NCBI GenBank assembly: GCA_964187785.1 | Contig: OZ076409.1 | Span: forward strand, 56,236,001 to 56,296,000 | Source of the DNA: Amphiscolops sp. MND2022 | Lineage: Eukaryota | Length of the DNA stretch: 60,000 nt | Reading direction: 5' to 3' | Shown: positions 35,251-47,240 of the stretch, piece after piece | Numbering within the stretch: the stretch's first letter is position 1 | Layout: every line of letters starts with the position of its first letter | Notes under the pieces: generated by a model | The model's database searches: none | What the model saw: the letters and a program-made list of their open reading frames with translations, nothing else | What the model was told of the DNA's origin: nothing | Program-made: the position numbers and the translations under genes

Positions 35251-35997
35251 CAATGGAAAAAACAGGGTCAAAACAACCCTATATAAAATGACGTAAAAGT
35301 GACCTCAATAAAACCTCAAAAAAACCCTCTACCGTTGGTGGTCGTCTATGTGTGTGGGGCCCTCACAGGAAAAATTGGCTGAATGATCTGAATGAGCCAG
35401 TGAAACAAGTCAGTCTATCAGAGAGAAAGTAACAGACTCAATTGGGCACGAGCTGCTATGTCCACCTCGACCCCAATTCAACAACACGAGAGTGTTTTAC
35501 CCCATGACAGTGGCCCTGTCACAGTCCGCTCCCGGCCTGGATTGTGCTTGCCAAAAGGTGCCGTTTGTCCGTTGTCATGGATGCATTATGGAAACATTTA
35601 GACGATTTTATTAAGCTGAAATAAACTGTAACCAATTAAGAGCATAAAAATTTAAGTTAAGATATGAATGATTTTATAGCCTAAGTCATAACGAACTTAT
35701 CTTCACACATTTCCACTCATTCATAGCGACTACATTTCAATAATTTTCCTGCAAAGTACAACGAAAACATATCATTGAAATTAGCTGCCGCAAAAAGAAT
35801 GAAGTTACGTCAACAATTATGAATAAAGAAAAACTGGAGATTGATAAATAAACAATTGAAGAGAAAATATTTCTCCAAATCTAAATGGAATTTTTTTCCT
35901 AGTACAGAAACAGTCGTCTTGAAAGTATACAAATCACAATATCCTCTCTTGTATTTTATCATGCCCATGGGAACTCTTCTTCCCATGACAGTGGCCC

Positions 35998-37585
35998 TGT
36001 CACAGTCCGCGCCCGGACTGGATTGAATTAAAAGCAAACTAAAACTAATTTACGTCACCGCTTCGCCAAAACGATTGAATTTGCGTCGCGACTACGCTAC
36101 GTCACAGCCTCGTCTACGCATACCAGAAAATCATTCCGATTATCCGTCTATACTAATAGTTTACTAGAAATCATTCCAATTTTCCGCCAATGTGACGTCA
36201 CAGCGCTGGCAGCTAACTAGCTAAAGTCTTATTCTAAATACCCGTCAGCATCACGTCAAACTAGTCAAAATCTCATTTCTGCCAAGAAAACTCGTCAACA
36301 TGACGTTGATAAGTTTATGAAATTAGACGTATTGAGTATTCTCTATCAAAATAGCTTGTTTTAACCCGTCCAAAATACCAAATTTACGTCCACTCTACGG
36401 CCACTATAATTGCGGACTAAGTCTAATACCAAAGTTACGTCCACACTACGTCCCAAATTTATAAAATTAGGCGTTTTAGTCAGTATTGAATTTAAAAGAA
36501 GCCTTATTTTACTACGGTAAAACTAATCGAAGCTAGAATATGAATCAATGTCAACACTACGTCTTTTGAATCTACGTCAACGCTACGTCAACTAATATAC
36601 TAGAAGTTGAGAAAACACATTTCTACGTCAGTATTGCGTCGAGTAAGATTGAATTCGAACGGAGAATGGTATTTAAGCCAGGATTTTTCAGACTAACTTA
36701 AAATAACAGTGTTTTAACGCTATTAAAATTGGAGAGTCACAGTTTATCCTCACTTTGTGTTAAGAAAGTGCAGTCTAAGCAGGCGTTTCAAATGTATGCT
36801 TGGATTACCTAATTTAATAAACTCATTGGCTGTTTGACGATGTCACGTCGTCTTTTATTGTTGCTCAAGGGTGTTCCTCTTAACTTTATTCAGATAAATA
36901 ATTGTTAATTGTTGAAATATACAATTGTTTAACCTCATGTAAAACAGTCACTCTCTTAGCATCACCAAATTGTCTAAATCAAGATAATTAGTCATAATTT
37001 TCTTCAAGTAAAAATTCAAAATCAGGTATTAGTTGTTCACGTCAGCGTCATCTCCGCGTCGGTTTCTTACGAACCAAAGCAGTAAAACGGGGAAATATTT
37101 CCGGTTTGACAGACTGAAGTAATAACTACTTCCTGCTTGGGAGGAAACAAAAGGACGCCGGAGAGAAATGATATGATCATGGTTGATGACTTATACTCGA
37201 TTAGAATTGCCGTGTCTTAAAAAGTGACGAAATGCTAACGCAGATCAAAATTTTGCCGCAAAATTACAGGAAGTGACTAATATCTCGATTGGAAATTAAA
37301 GTACGCGAGTATGAACAGATGATGCTAGGAGGGTATATATAGATTGTACCTGTAAAATTATTCAATTCAATTTGTTATTCAACCTGCGTTTCAGTTTTGT
37401 TCTCAATTTCGATTGAATATCTACCTTCGTAAAACGCAAAATTCAAAACTTACATTTCAAATACATTGTTCAAAACAATCATATCTTCATCAAGATGTCA
37501 ACTAGAGGTCGGAAAACAGTCCAGCAGGAGATTAGCAAAAAACACCCAAAATAGCCAAAGTAGCGATCGAAAAAATTTCGTAACA
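35998..37585 (+). repeat. 3' LTR of element D
   Basis: Repeat of 32363-33950, followed by the TSD AAAAC. Confidence 0.92.
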
Positions 37586-37829
37586 AAAACAGTATTTGGA
37601 AATATTTCAATGTCTTATGTCAACATGTGGAAAACAACCTTACGGTCAACGATTTGGAATATGAGCCAAGATTTCATTGCAGTAGAGGAAGAACACAGCA
37701 AGCAACTGGCAAACATGACTAAGAATCTGGAGTTCTCAGAAAGACAAAGACGATTGATGGCAAACTCAAAATACCAGTAGTGAAACAGGCACCCATGTTC
37801 AAAGTTCGGGAGAAAAACAGGGCCGGAAA

Positions 37830-38678
37830 TGTTGGCGCTAGTCATCCACAGGCAACGAAACTTGATTTCCGACATGCAGGATTAGAAACAAAACTTAAAC
37901 GCTTAGAAACTTAGAAGAAATTTTGAGGAATTATCAAGTGTGACAAAAATGGAAACCGCCCCAAAAACGTTTTCTCTACAACTATTAATCCTAGAGCTAT
38001 GAAACTTGCTACACATGTGCAAGTATCTAACACAAACACACCGGCGAAGTTTCAAGGTCATCCCTCTAATATAACCTCCTTTACCCCTCACATGTGTGAT
38101 ATTCAAGGTCATTGAGCCAAAATGTAAATGTTGCTATTTACCCTTGTGACCCACTTAGAATGTAACTCTGTTAAAATTGGTGATGTTTACATTCTGTAAA
38201 CATGCTTTAGAGCCAACCTAATAATCATGTCAGAACCACCACATGCTTTGTTTAAATAGCCAATACCTTTAATAATTCACTTACATGTCATTTATTCATA
38301 CTTCAAAATTTGACTTATGTTTATCGAATAATGTTAAACGATATGTATACCACAACTAGTTAGACACAATTTGATTGGAAAGCCGTATTAAAGTCGGGTC
38401 TTAGGACCATTTCAATTCTCAGTTCTTTTCTTCACCTCTTTTTGACGTTTCGCCAAAGACTAAAGGGGACTAAGTTGGTTACTGTCAACTTGTGGAGAGT
38501 TGGACGTGTTAAGAGACAAGTAGCAAGTGCAACTCGGGATCATTGGATCCTACTATGTCAAGATACAGTCCTTTTAATCTAAAAAGTAAGCAGTGTTCGG
38601 TAACGATCGGCATTACCGAGCACCGAATTCAGGGCGGCCTAAAACTTGGTCAAGTGAAGGGATCAAGCAGCCGTTACA
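37830..38678 (+). repeat. 3' LTR of element C
   Basis: TG...CA ends, preceded by a purine-rich tract and followed by the TSD GAAAG. Confidence 0.87.
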
Positions 38679-41412
38679 GAAAGAATTTACTGTCTTCTCC
38701 ATGGATTCATCAAAAGTTTGTTTATGTTGATGCTTGCCTTCAAGGAATGTTTCCTGAAAATCCTTACTGATCTCCGACACAGTGTAGAGAAGGTCTACAT
38801 GACTATTTTTGAGAATCCCCACATTTGGTTTGTTTTCATTGAAGAGCGTCTTGTATGACATCCAAAAATCTTTGCCACGATTGTGTTTCAGAGTGAGTAA
38901 GTATTCATTCGTCCAGATTGATGCTTTTTCACTCAGAAGCGTTTTGCAACTTTCCTTAGCCTGGTACAGTTTGGTCAAGTTCCTGTAATTCTAGTTGTAT
39001 CTAAACTTTCTCTTCAAGTTTCTCAGCTCTCTACTGGCATGTGTCAGTTCCTGGCACCAGAACGGCTTACTATGATTTGTACTTTTTTTGTTTGGTGTAG
39101 CCTGTTTAGTTGCATCTTTCCTTGATCTTTTGAAGTATTCCTACATGCAGGATGCATCTGGGTTCTCTTCAGAAAAGTCCAAAATTTTGGTTTCCATGTG
39201 GTTTGACCATTCATCCCAGAGAGCGTTCTCGATCCAAGGTTTCCGTTTATTTTTAATTTAACAGATTTTTTTCAGTGTAAATTTCACTGGAAAATGTCTT
39301 CTCGAAAGTGCCGCAGTGAAAAGTTCGGTTTTTTTGTCGGGGGTCAAGTTCCAGTCGTATTTGTTGATTAAAATGCCCTAGCAAATGCAAAGATCGATAA
39401 CGCTATATCCACTGATTGAGCAGAATGTTGGTTTTCCGTCGTTCAAGATGCTAAATAAGGGTAAATTACTATTGAAGTCATGTTCGAGTTGATTGCAGAA
39501 GTGATCAACCCAGTAGAAATGTCGGGCACTGCAGTAACCAAAGAAGATAACTTCATCCAATCTATTTGAGTCAGCAAACTTTCTGCAGATAATCTAGACC
39601 TTGAATTAGGCGCTGAAGTTCATCTTTTTTTGTCCTGTTTCACGTATGTAATTGTCACTAAAGCTCTCATGCCACAGTTTATGGATATGACGAGATTATT
39701 GCTGTTGCTAATTTCTAAGTCTTCCTTTCTAGCGAATGATGAACCATTCCGGATTAAAACTGCTACCCCGCCTGTGGAATGAGTTTAAAATTTGCTAAAA
39801 GTCATGTGGTTGGTGAAAGTTTTTTCTCCTATACTTAATTCTGTTTCGTTGAGAATAACGAATTCGGGTATATTGGTCTAGGTATCGGTCAATTGCAATT
39901 CTGCTGTGTTCGCTGAGTCAGCAATTATTGATCTCTATTATTGAGATGTAGTTTATATAGGCCATAGTTCTGTTGTCCAGGTGATGCAAGCCCACGGTTT
40001 TCATAGACAATTTGTTGTTGTTTTCTGTATTTGAGACATTCAATTGAATCTGCTTCATGGTTTCCTTTGCAAATTGCACATTTGCTGTCGGTTTCTGTTT
40101 TTGAGCACTCTTCGAATGTGTGTTCTTCGCTACAGTGTTTGCAAGTGGTTTTTGAATGACAGTTTGCACTGAGGTTGCCAAATTTCTGACAGTTGTAGCA
40201 GCAAACGATTCTGATACCCTTTTGTACAAAATCTGTCGGTTGAAAATACAGGCATTCAAGGAAAAGTCTTTCATCGATTGCTTTGAGAAAATGTGTTTCA
40301 CATTGGAACGTTAACTTAACTGTTTGAAGCACGGTACTATCTGCTTTCATGAAACGCTTAGCCTGCACACCAAGGAAAGGTATCTCAAGTTCGGACCTCA
40401 TTTTTTCATTTTGTAGCCCCGTTAGTACGCCTTTGATTACAGCACTTCTGCGGTCACTTCTTTCGCCAGTTTGACGAATGGTTGTTTTCGTTCCAAAGTA
40501 ATTTGGCCGCCAGCTGTTGAGGATTTCACGTGCTTCCTCAGACGACAAAAACTCCAGGTGTATGTTACCCCGAGCTGTGTTGAAGGCCAACACCAACTTT
40601 TTCATTGGAAGAACTTTGACGAACGCTTTCTTTGTTTCCACACTGTCTTTGAACTTATGTTTTCCACTGACGATCAAAACTTTATTCACATCTCTTTCAC
40701 TTTTCCTCGCTGATTTTTGTAAATTACTGGTTGGGGATGGGTCACTAGCAAGCTTGACCTTATCGGCTAAAGTGTGTAAAGGTTTCACGTTTTGTTCCAT
40801 GTTTGATTTGATATTAGAATGTTTATTTTCATGGAGTTGAAAGCCTCCTGTTCTTGTTTCCTGTTTTCGAGTTCTTTGTTTTGCCGTTGGTTCAAGGTTT
40901 TTACCGTCTTCAATATGTTTGCACTTTGACTTTGGAGGTTATTGTTATCACACTTGGGGCAATACCAATGGACGTCTAAGTATTTTGATAGGATTGGTAT
41001 GTCTTTAACTTCTAGACCTCCATAGGTCCCATGCCACCAGTCAAGGAGGCCGTTGCATGAGATCGAGTTTTTTCGCTTTCAGGTATCTTGGCTTTACATT
41101 GAGGGCACTTGTCAACGAAAACCGATTGGTTCCTACTTCTAGTTGCGGTCATTTTGGGAGAGTGCCAGAAGCAGTCTCTCTTCCGGGCCGCTCCATGTGG
41201 AAAAAGAGACTCAGGGAGCTACCCAGTCGATAGAATCTACTTCGATTTTCTGTTTCTCCGCCGATCTGCCAATGATCTCTGTTTGGACTTGCGTTTCCTT
41301 GTCTTTGATCCTTTTTGAATAACAAGTCGAAGAATATGTTTGCTGTGTTTCAGAATTGTGAAGAGAAAGCCTGTCTCTAGTTTGACACTTGCGTGTATTT
41401 TCTCAATCTCTT

Positions 41413-41835
41413 TTAGATACCAGTCGTTGTTTCTCTTCCGGTCGGATAAAAGATGTTTTTGAAGACTGATAACAAGGATACCACTTGTAAGTAGTCTCTC
41501 GAAAGTGTCTGGGTTCGGAAACAGTTGCAGTAAGTTATAGCAGCAAGACGATCTTTGTAAGTGGCGAGCGTAGAGATTAGTTGTTCAGTGGACCAGGGTG
41601 TGTTGCCGTTACTGGGATGTGCGGTAATCGTGTTGTTGATGATATCGTGACAAATTATAATATTGGATCTAGTTCTCAAATATCCACAGGTAAGAAGATG
41701 GAAAAACTCAATCGGTTTTTTTGACAAAAGCTCAGGCCAGGAATGTGAGTAATTTTTTTTGCTTGTTTTTCTGGAAGAATTTGAGGTTGAGTTGTAAGCC
41801 TTGTCCAAACAACTAGCTCCAAGGAGATAGACCAT
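41413..41835 (-). pseudogene. Divergent SGNH-hydrolase-like ORF (frameshifted) downstream of the element E 3' LTR start
   Basis: VYLLGASCL (block I-like); IPGLS in a shifted frame (block II-like); IIICHDIINN (block III-like). Confidence 0.4.
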
Positions 41836-42039
41836 AAAGGACAGGGGAATGAATGTTGATTGAACTTAAATAAAGAAAGGTTATTTGGAACGAACTAACT
41901 TTCGGATCTTTTCAAAGATCAAAAGAGTCCAATCCAGATTGAAGATTGTTCTCCAGCAATGATTGTAATGTAGGTCCAAGCAATGACCGTGATGTAGCTC
42001 CAAATAGCCAGTTCCAGAAAGAAGAAACGATTTTTATCT

Positions 42040-45000
42040 CTCGTGGAAAAAACACTACTTGCTGGAAGTTTCTTTTTGATATGCATTCATCTGAAGCCTC
42101 CATACAACACTTAGGCTAACATAAATAAGACAACGACATTATAAAACAGCAATAATTACATATCATTATATTACATCCATAACACTCCTTTCCGCTTCGA
42201 AAGTCTCTAGTTCATAGCCAACACAAAGTCGTCCAGGTATGTAGGTGGTTTCCTGTTCCTTGCCGAGCGTCGCAAGGAGGGAGCAGGAGAGTCCGAACTG
42301 ATTCGAGGTTCCTTTACTGGTTCCACAGGTTTAGGTGGTTAACACTCGGTTCCGATGTCAGGAACCGATGGTCCGATGTCTACATTGGTCTCCTTGTCGT
42401 TGTATTGACCGCCAGGTTGCGAGATCGTTTCTTCATAGTCAACATCCGGCGGTCATCCAGAGCGGTCACTGGTAGAAACCGTGTCAACTCGCCCATCGCC
42501 AAAGGAGACTCGTGCAAAGTGAGGGGAGATGACTTCGGATATCTGTACAGGCACAACTGGAGCTTGATGTTTCGCCCTTACAAATTTCCTGAGGTACGCT
42601 GGAGTGTATGCTCTGAGCCAATGTGCGCTACTGGAGGGACGGATCAGCGGCTTGCTGGGACTCTCCTTGGTGACCGTATTGATAAGTGTCCAAATCGACG
42701 AGAGTGTTGATAGTAGAACACATTCTCAGTCAGAGACTGGGCGGTTTATGGTGTGTAGCAGGCACTGAACCGCCTTCCACACAATTCCCTTGTAGCGCTC
42801 GTTTTGGCCATTGCCCTTAGGGTGGTAGGGCGTAGTTTTGGAGGTCGCAACTCCATTTTGGCGGCAGAAGTTTTGGAATTCCGATGAGACGAACTGTGTG
42901 CCCGGTCGGAGTGAAAGAACTGAGTTTGCTTCGAGTCATTGGTTTGGGGCCAACAATGTCGTTTGATGGTCGCTCCCAAGATTTGGAGGATCACCCTTTT
43001 CGCCTCATCTAAATATTTTGGGACTTTGTGTCTTTGAATGTACTCGTACAGTCGGGTCACTGCCGGATGCGCAAATGTCTCGTGTAAGGTTTTATGGGCT
43101 GTATGGACGCTAATCGAGACAGGGCGTCAGCTGGCACGTTCTGACAACCTCTCTGATAGCCCATTTCTATGTTGTATTCCGAAAGTTCCAAGCGCCAGCG
43201 AATCAACTTGTCAATTTTTACTCTGGAAGAGTTGGGTCCAAAAAAGAACGAGAGGGCATTTTGGTCGATGCGAATCAAAACCCGTGACATACGTAACAAG
43301 TCTGAGAAACGACGGAAGCCTTCCATGATAGCCATAGCTTCCCGTTCAACAACCTAGTACGCCACTTCGCTATGTTTCAGAGTTCTCGAGAAGAAACCGA
43401 CTTGTATGTCGCCCTGAGTGAGTGTCGCTCCGATACCGGTTCCGTTTGCATCGGTTTGTAGAACGAGAGGCTCGTTTGCCCGGGGCAGCCAGAGTACGGC
43501 AAAGGCAAATTTTCTTGAGAGTTGCGATAGTCAGCCGAGAAGCTTGATTGAGTGGAAAAGCCAGTTGTTTCTGAGCTGCGAGCAGAGGAGCAACCTTATT
43601 TGAGTAGTCTGCAATCCACTTTGCGTTGTACGCATTGAACCCAAAATGGCGTTTCAACTGGGACGAGATTTCGGGGATATGGAGATCCATCAAAGTCTTT
43701 GTTCTGCTCGGATCGGGGCGTTCAGACCCAGCTTGACGTTCAGGGGAGAACGTCAAGCCCGAGAATAACATCCGCAGGAAGGTTTTTTGCGACAGTGAAG
43801 ACAACTTGGTAGGTTTTTTGGCTTACCTCAATTTTAGCTTTAGCGGTGCCTGACGTAACCAGGGAGTCCCCATTTGCCAAGGCAGTTACCTTGCGTTTCG
43901 AGTGGACCTTCAGACCATATTTGGCAGCTGCTGAGGCGCTAATAGACGATCCCGTGGACCCGGTATCAATCATTGCTTGAACTTGTTCATTGATTCAGGC
44001 AAACTTGAGGCTGACATTCAGAGTGGCAGGCGGCAGGACAGTACGGCACAAAACGGTGGCAGTCTCGGGTTCATCATCAGTTGACTGTTGTAAGACGGCA
44101 GCGGTCGATCTACCTACCGACGCCCAGTGTCCTGCTTTGGAGCATTTGTGACAAGTGTTCTTTTTTGGCTGGGCACTTTGAGCGTTGGTGCTGTTTTAGA
44201 CAGCAGAACTGACAGCGCGGACGAGGCTTGTTCGAAACCTGCTGGGCAGCGGAAGTGCTGGGTCGATCAGGTTGCCCTTGAGTTGTCTGGGCGAACGGGT
44301 TAGTTGCTGCTACAGTTGAAGATTCGGCACTTCTGATAGATTTGGAAAAGTCACTGGATAATTCGTTAGCCAATGCAGGTGATGTGCGTTTATCGATGTC
44401 GGCCTTGGAGTCTTCCAGTTCTAGTAGTCTTGAGCAAATGTCCACAGACCTGATCCCGATATTATGGCGTCTCGTACTAGATAGTCTTTATGTGCTTGGA
44501 CGGTCAAGCTGGTGCATTCGCAGTCTTCAACAAGACGTTTCAACCTTCCAGAAAATTGTACGATGGACTCTTCGTCCCTTTGACTGGCACTGAGCAATTG
44601 ATGACGGGCAAAGAGCACTCTTGTGGGCTTCAGAAACTGCCAGTCCAATGTTTTCAGAACTTTCAAGGAGAGTGAAATAGTCGGAGCCGACAAATGTACG
44701 AAGAAAATTTTTTATGTCAGCATCTTCGGTTGGGCCAATGACACGTAAACCATCCTCGAAACATTTCTTCCACTGTTTCCATTTCTCGGGAGACGGATTT
44801 GATGGCAAGTCGGCTGGTTTGACCTTCATGGGAGACAGAAGAGGGAATACAACGCATAGACATTCGCTACGAAGAACAAAAGAAAGTACCGTTGTATCAG
44901 AATAGACGATAGCTACGAGGAACTTAAGAAAGTACCGTAGTAGCTTAAACAGGGAAGTTGCGAACCTGAAGACAGCTTATGTGACTTGGCGCAAGAAGGT

Positions 45001-45714
45001 GCAATGACCCCGACGGCACTCGTATGTTGGGGGATGACCTTGTTTGTCAATATGGGGGCAGAAAGCTGTCCGAAGCACTCGACTCTTTAAAATGGAGCGA
45101 ATTCCACTGATGGCCCTAGGTTCTAGGTGGATGTCGTTTCGGATAGTGTGATTTTCGACGCTTTAGATGCTTCAAGATATGCCTCTGTAAAGCCACCGGC
45201 CATCGTTGTTGCCTTCTAGAAGTCGATTTACGGCCTTGGCCTGGTCAGGAATGTCTAGCCGAGGAGGAATTGCGATAACGAAGACTTTGAGTGCAACTTC
45301 AGATGCTGCTACGGCAAGGTCAGAGATATTCCAGGCAATATCATGAGTGTTGTCGGTTGGTAAGTCGTTGCCTCCGACGAAGAGCACAATCATATCGTAT
45401 CGACCTTTCGCAGGTAAAAAGGGTCTCACGTCTCCAATTCGTGCACCTGGTAGGACGAGAATATTGAAGTTGGAGAACGTCAGGTTCCTTCCTTGTGATT
45501 CAGTAATCAGGTTACGAGTGAACGAGGTCTTGAAGAGGTGGCAACGCATGAGGATTATCAAAGAAAATTGTTGTGGCAAAACACTACTTGCAGGAAGTTT
45601 CTATTTGATAAGCATTCAACTGGAGCATACATAAAACAATTAGGCTAACATAAACAACACAACGACATTATTTAACAGTATTATTAACTACATATATATT
45701 CTACATTCATAGCA
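42040..45714 (-). mobile_element. Decayed, internally deleted Gypsy element (Mag-like; element E); left limit uncertain
   Basis: gag fragments at 44110-44829 (CQFC..QH..KCPAK); protease MIDTGS; RNase H and integrase remnants. PPT GAAGCGGAAAGGAG before TGTTATGG at 42184. Segment 42040-42184 resembles 45570-45714. Confidence 0.75.
45020..45530 (-). pseudogene. SGNH/GDSL hydrolase-like ORF with two premature stops, upstream of element E gag
   Basis: LITESQGR (block I), LPGARI (II), FVGGNDL (III), IPPR, and in-frame NDIHL (block V) after the stops. Confidence 0.75.
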
Positions 45715-46685
45715 TTAGCTAACAAAACTCGGCTAAATTCCCGGAACGCCAGATTTGAAACTGGCAGACAGCAGTTTTGAATCAGGGCAGTACTTCACCA
45801 TTCTGGCTATTGAACGTGCTAGAAGTGCCAGGCTGGAAGGAGCATATCAAAAGAGAAAAGGGGTATTGATTGAGCAAAATCAGCGCACAATTACATTCTT
45901 GTCGGCAAGACGGTCGCAATCGACGAATTTCTCCACGAGGGATATGGGACAAGCAGAACAACAACCATGCTGCTCAAAATAGACAACCACGATCAAACAG
46001 GCAGAACAGAACGAGTTGACAGATAGGGAAATGGATATTAACGCGACAATGGGTCAGAACCGAGCGACACTGCCAGGACAAAGTGAAACACCCAATGAGA
46101 AAGACGGCGCTGTATTGACCACACGAATCAAAACAAGACAACCAGCACCTTGAATCAACTTGAAACAAACGATGAGAAAAAGTTAATCACAGGCAGGAAA
46201 ACAAAAGCGGAAGAAGGAGAAGAAACCGATAGAATTGATCGGGAAAGAAGAAACCACACAATCAAACTCAGAAGAGGAGGAAAAAGCAAATAGCGAAGGA
46301 GAAGATACCAAGTCAACAAACCGGAAATAATGAAGAACAACAGCAACCAGACCAAAACAAAAACAAAATCAGAATATCGAAAAAAAACAGCAATAAGGCG
46401 AAAACAGCGAAAGAGACGCGGAAGTAACGCCATCAGCAAGACGATGAAAAAGGTGTTGAGCATAGTCCGAATACTCTGAACGAAACACCATGGTGACCGA
46501 AGAGACCCCAACGACAGAGAATAAGAGATAACTTTTCCCTGATTTCTTAGATCAGGAAGAGCTCAAACAAAAGAAACGAAACTAAAGAAGCTGTGCTTGT
46601 ACAGCACCCACTTTGTTTCTGTTGTTGCTACATTATGGTATAGGTACATTGTCGATGCGTTCCGGGTTGTGAGAGCGTGATGCTC

Positions 46686-47240
46686 TCAGAGCGTTTCCTC
46701 CTCGAGGCGAGAGGTAAACTGTTGGGTTATTGTCGATAACAACCCTTCAATCACGTTCATTTCAGCTTGTAATTTGGCGTTTTGGCCATTCATTTCTGCT
46801 TGTGAATTTAGACTAACTCCGTTCTGATGAATTTCAGATTCATTTGAGTCTGAATTTGCGTTTACAGCAATGTTTGGATCAGAATCAATGTTCGGATGAT
46901 TTTTAGATGAATTTCCAACAGTGCAAGAATTATTGATAATCTTTCCACTTCTAAGTCTACGAGGAGAAACTACCTTCATACAATCGAGAAGAAATTATTA
47001 TTATTAAAAGATTGAATTTAATCCTAAGAGAGAATAAAAGTAAGAGTCATAAATCAAAGTTCAGTAGCAACTGATTACAATAGTAGCAAGTAAGTTATTG
47101 AGCGCCCTTTGCGCTACTCGGTTGCGTCTACTAGTCAACTTTGTCACCTACGGGTGACTAGACTCAATTATCGCACCTTTCACTTCATCTTGGACTATTG
47201 CGGCGAGGTGAATATTGTCAACTCGCTCCAGTTCACCAAC
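46686..47240 (-). mobile_element. 5' fragment of another LTR element (PBS-like motif, leader, gag N-terminus)
   Basis: TGGTGAACTGGAGCG at ~47224-47238, followed by ORF MKVVSPRRLRSGK... with a coiled-coil-like stretch. Confidence 0.45.

Larger units (their letters stand above)
32363..37585 (+). mobile_element. Non-autonomous Gypsy-related LTR element (element D), a relative of element B
   Basis: 1588-bp LTRs at 32363-33950 and 35998-37585 (TGT...ACA). Perfect TSD AAAAC. PBS TGGTGA(GTGA)CAGGAG. Internal RT remnant homologous to element B pol. Confidence 0.92.
27914..38678 (+). mobile_element. Bel-Pao-type LTR element without recognisable pol (element C)
   Basis: ~850-bp LTRs at 27914-28761 and 37830-38678. 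Perfect TSD GAAAG. PBS-like TGGTCCGCTGACCCGG at 28764-28779. PPT-like GGGAGAAAAACAGGGCCGGAAA before the 3' LTR. Confidence 0.85.
27420..41400 (-). mobile_element. Decayed LINE (I/Jockey-like group): ORF1 with PHD-like finger and three CCHC knuckles, ORF2 with APE endonuclease and RT; interrupted by element C
   Basis: ORF1 at 39925-41100 with CYNCQKFGN...CKHCSEEH...CAICKGNH. APE motif LNDGKPTF...SVIDL. ORF2 reads VNSF|LQQPEE across the GAAAG TSD. Also VIFIRKPNK and IDLEEA. Outer boundaries are approximate. Confidence 0.8.

Noticed and set aside
46155..46511. Hydrophobic 118-aa membrane protein
   Set aside because: Low-complexity translation of the T-rich strand of an A-rich repeat region; no other support.
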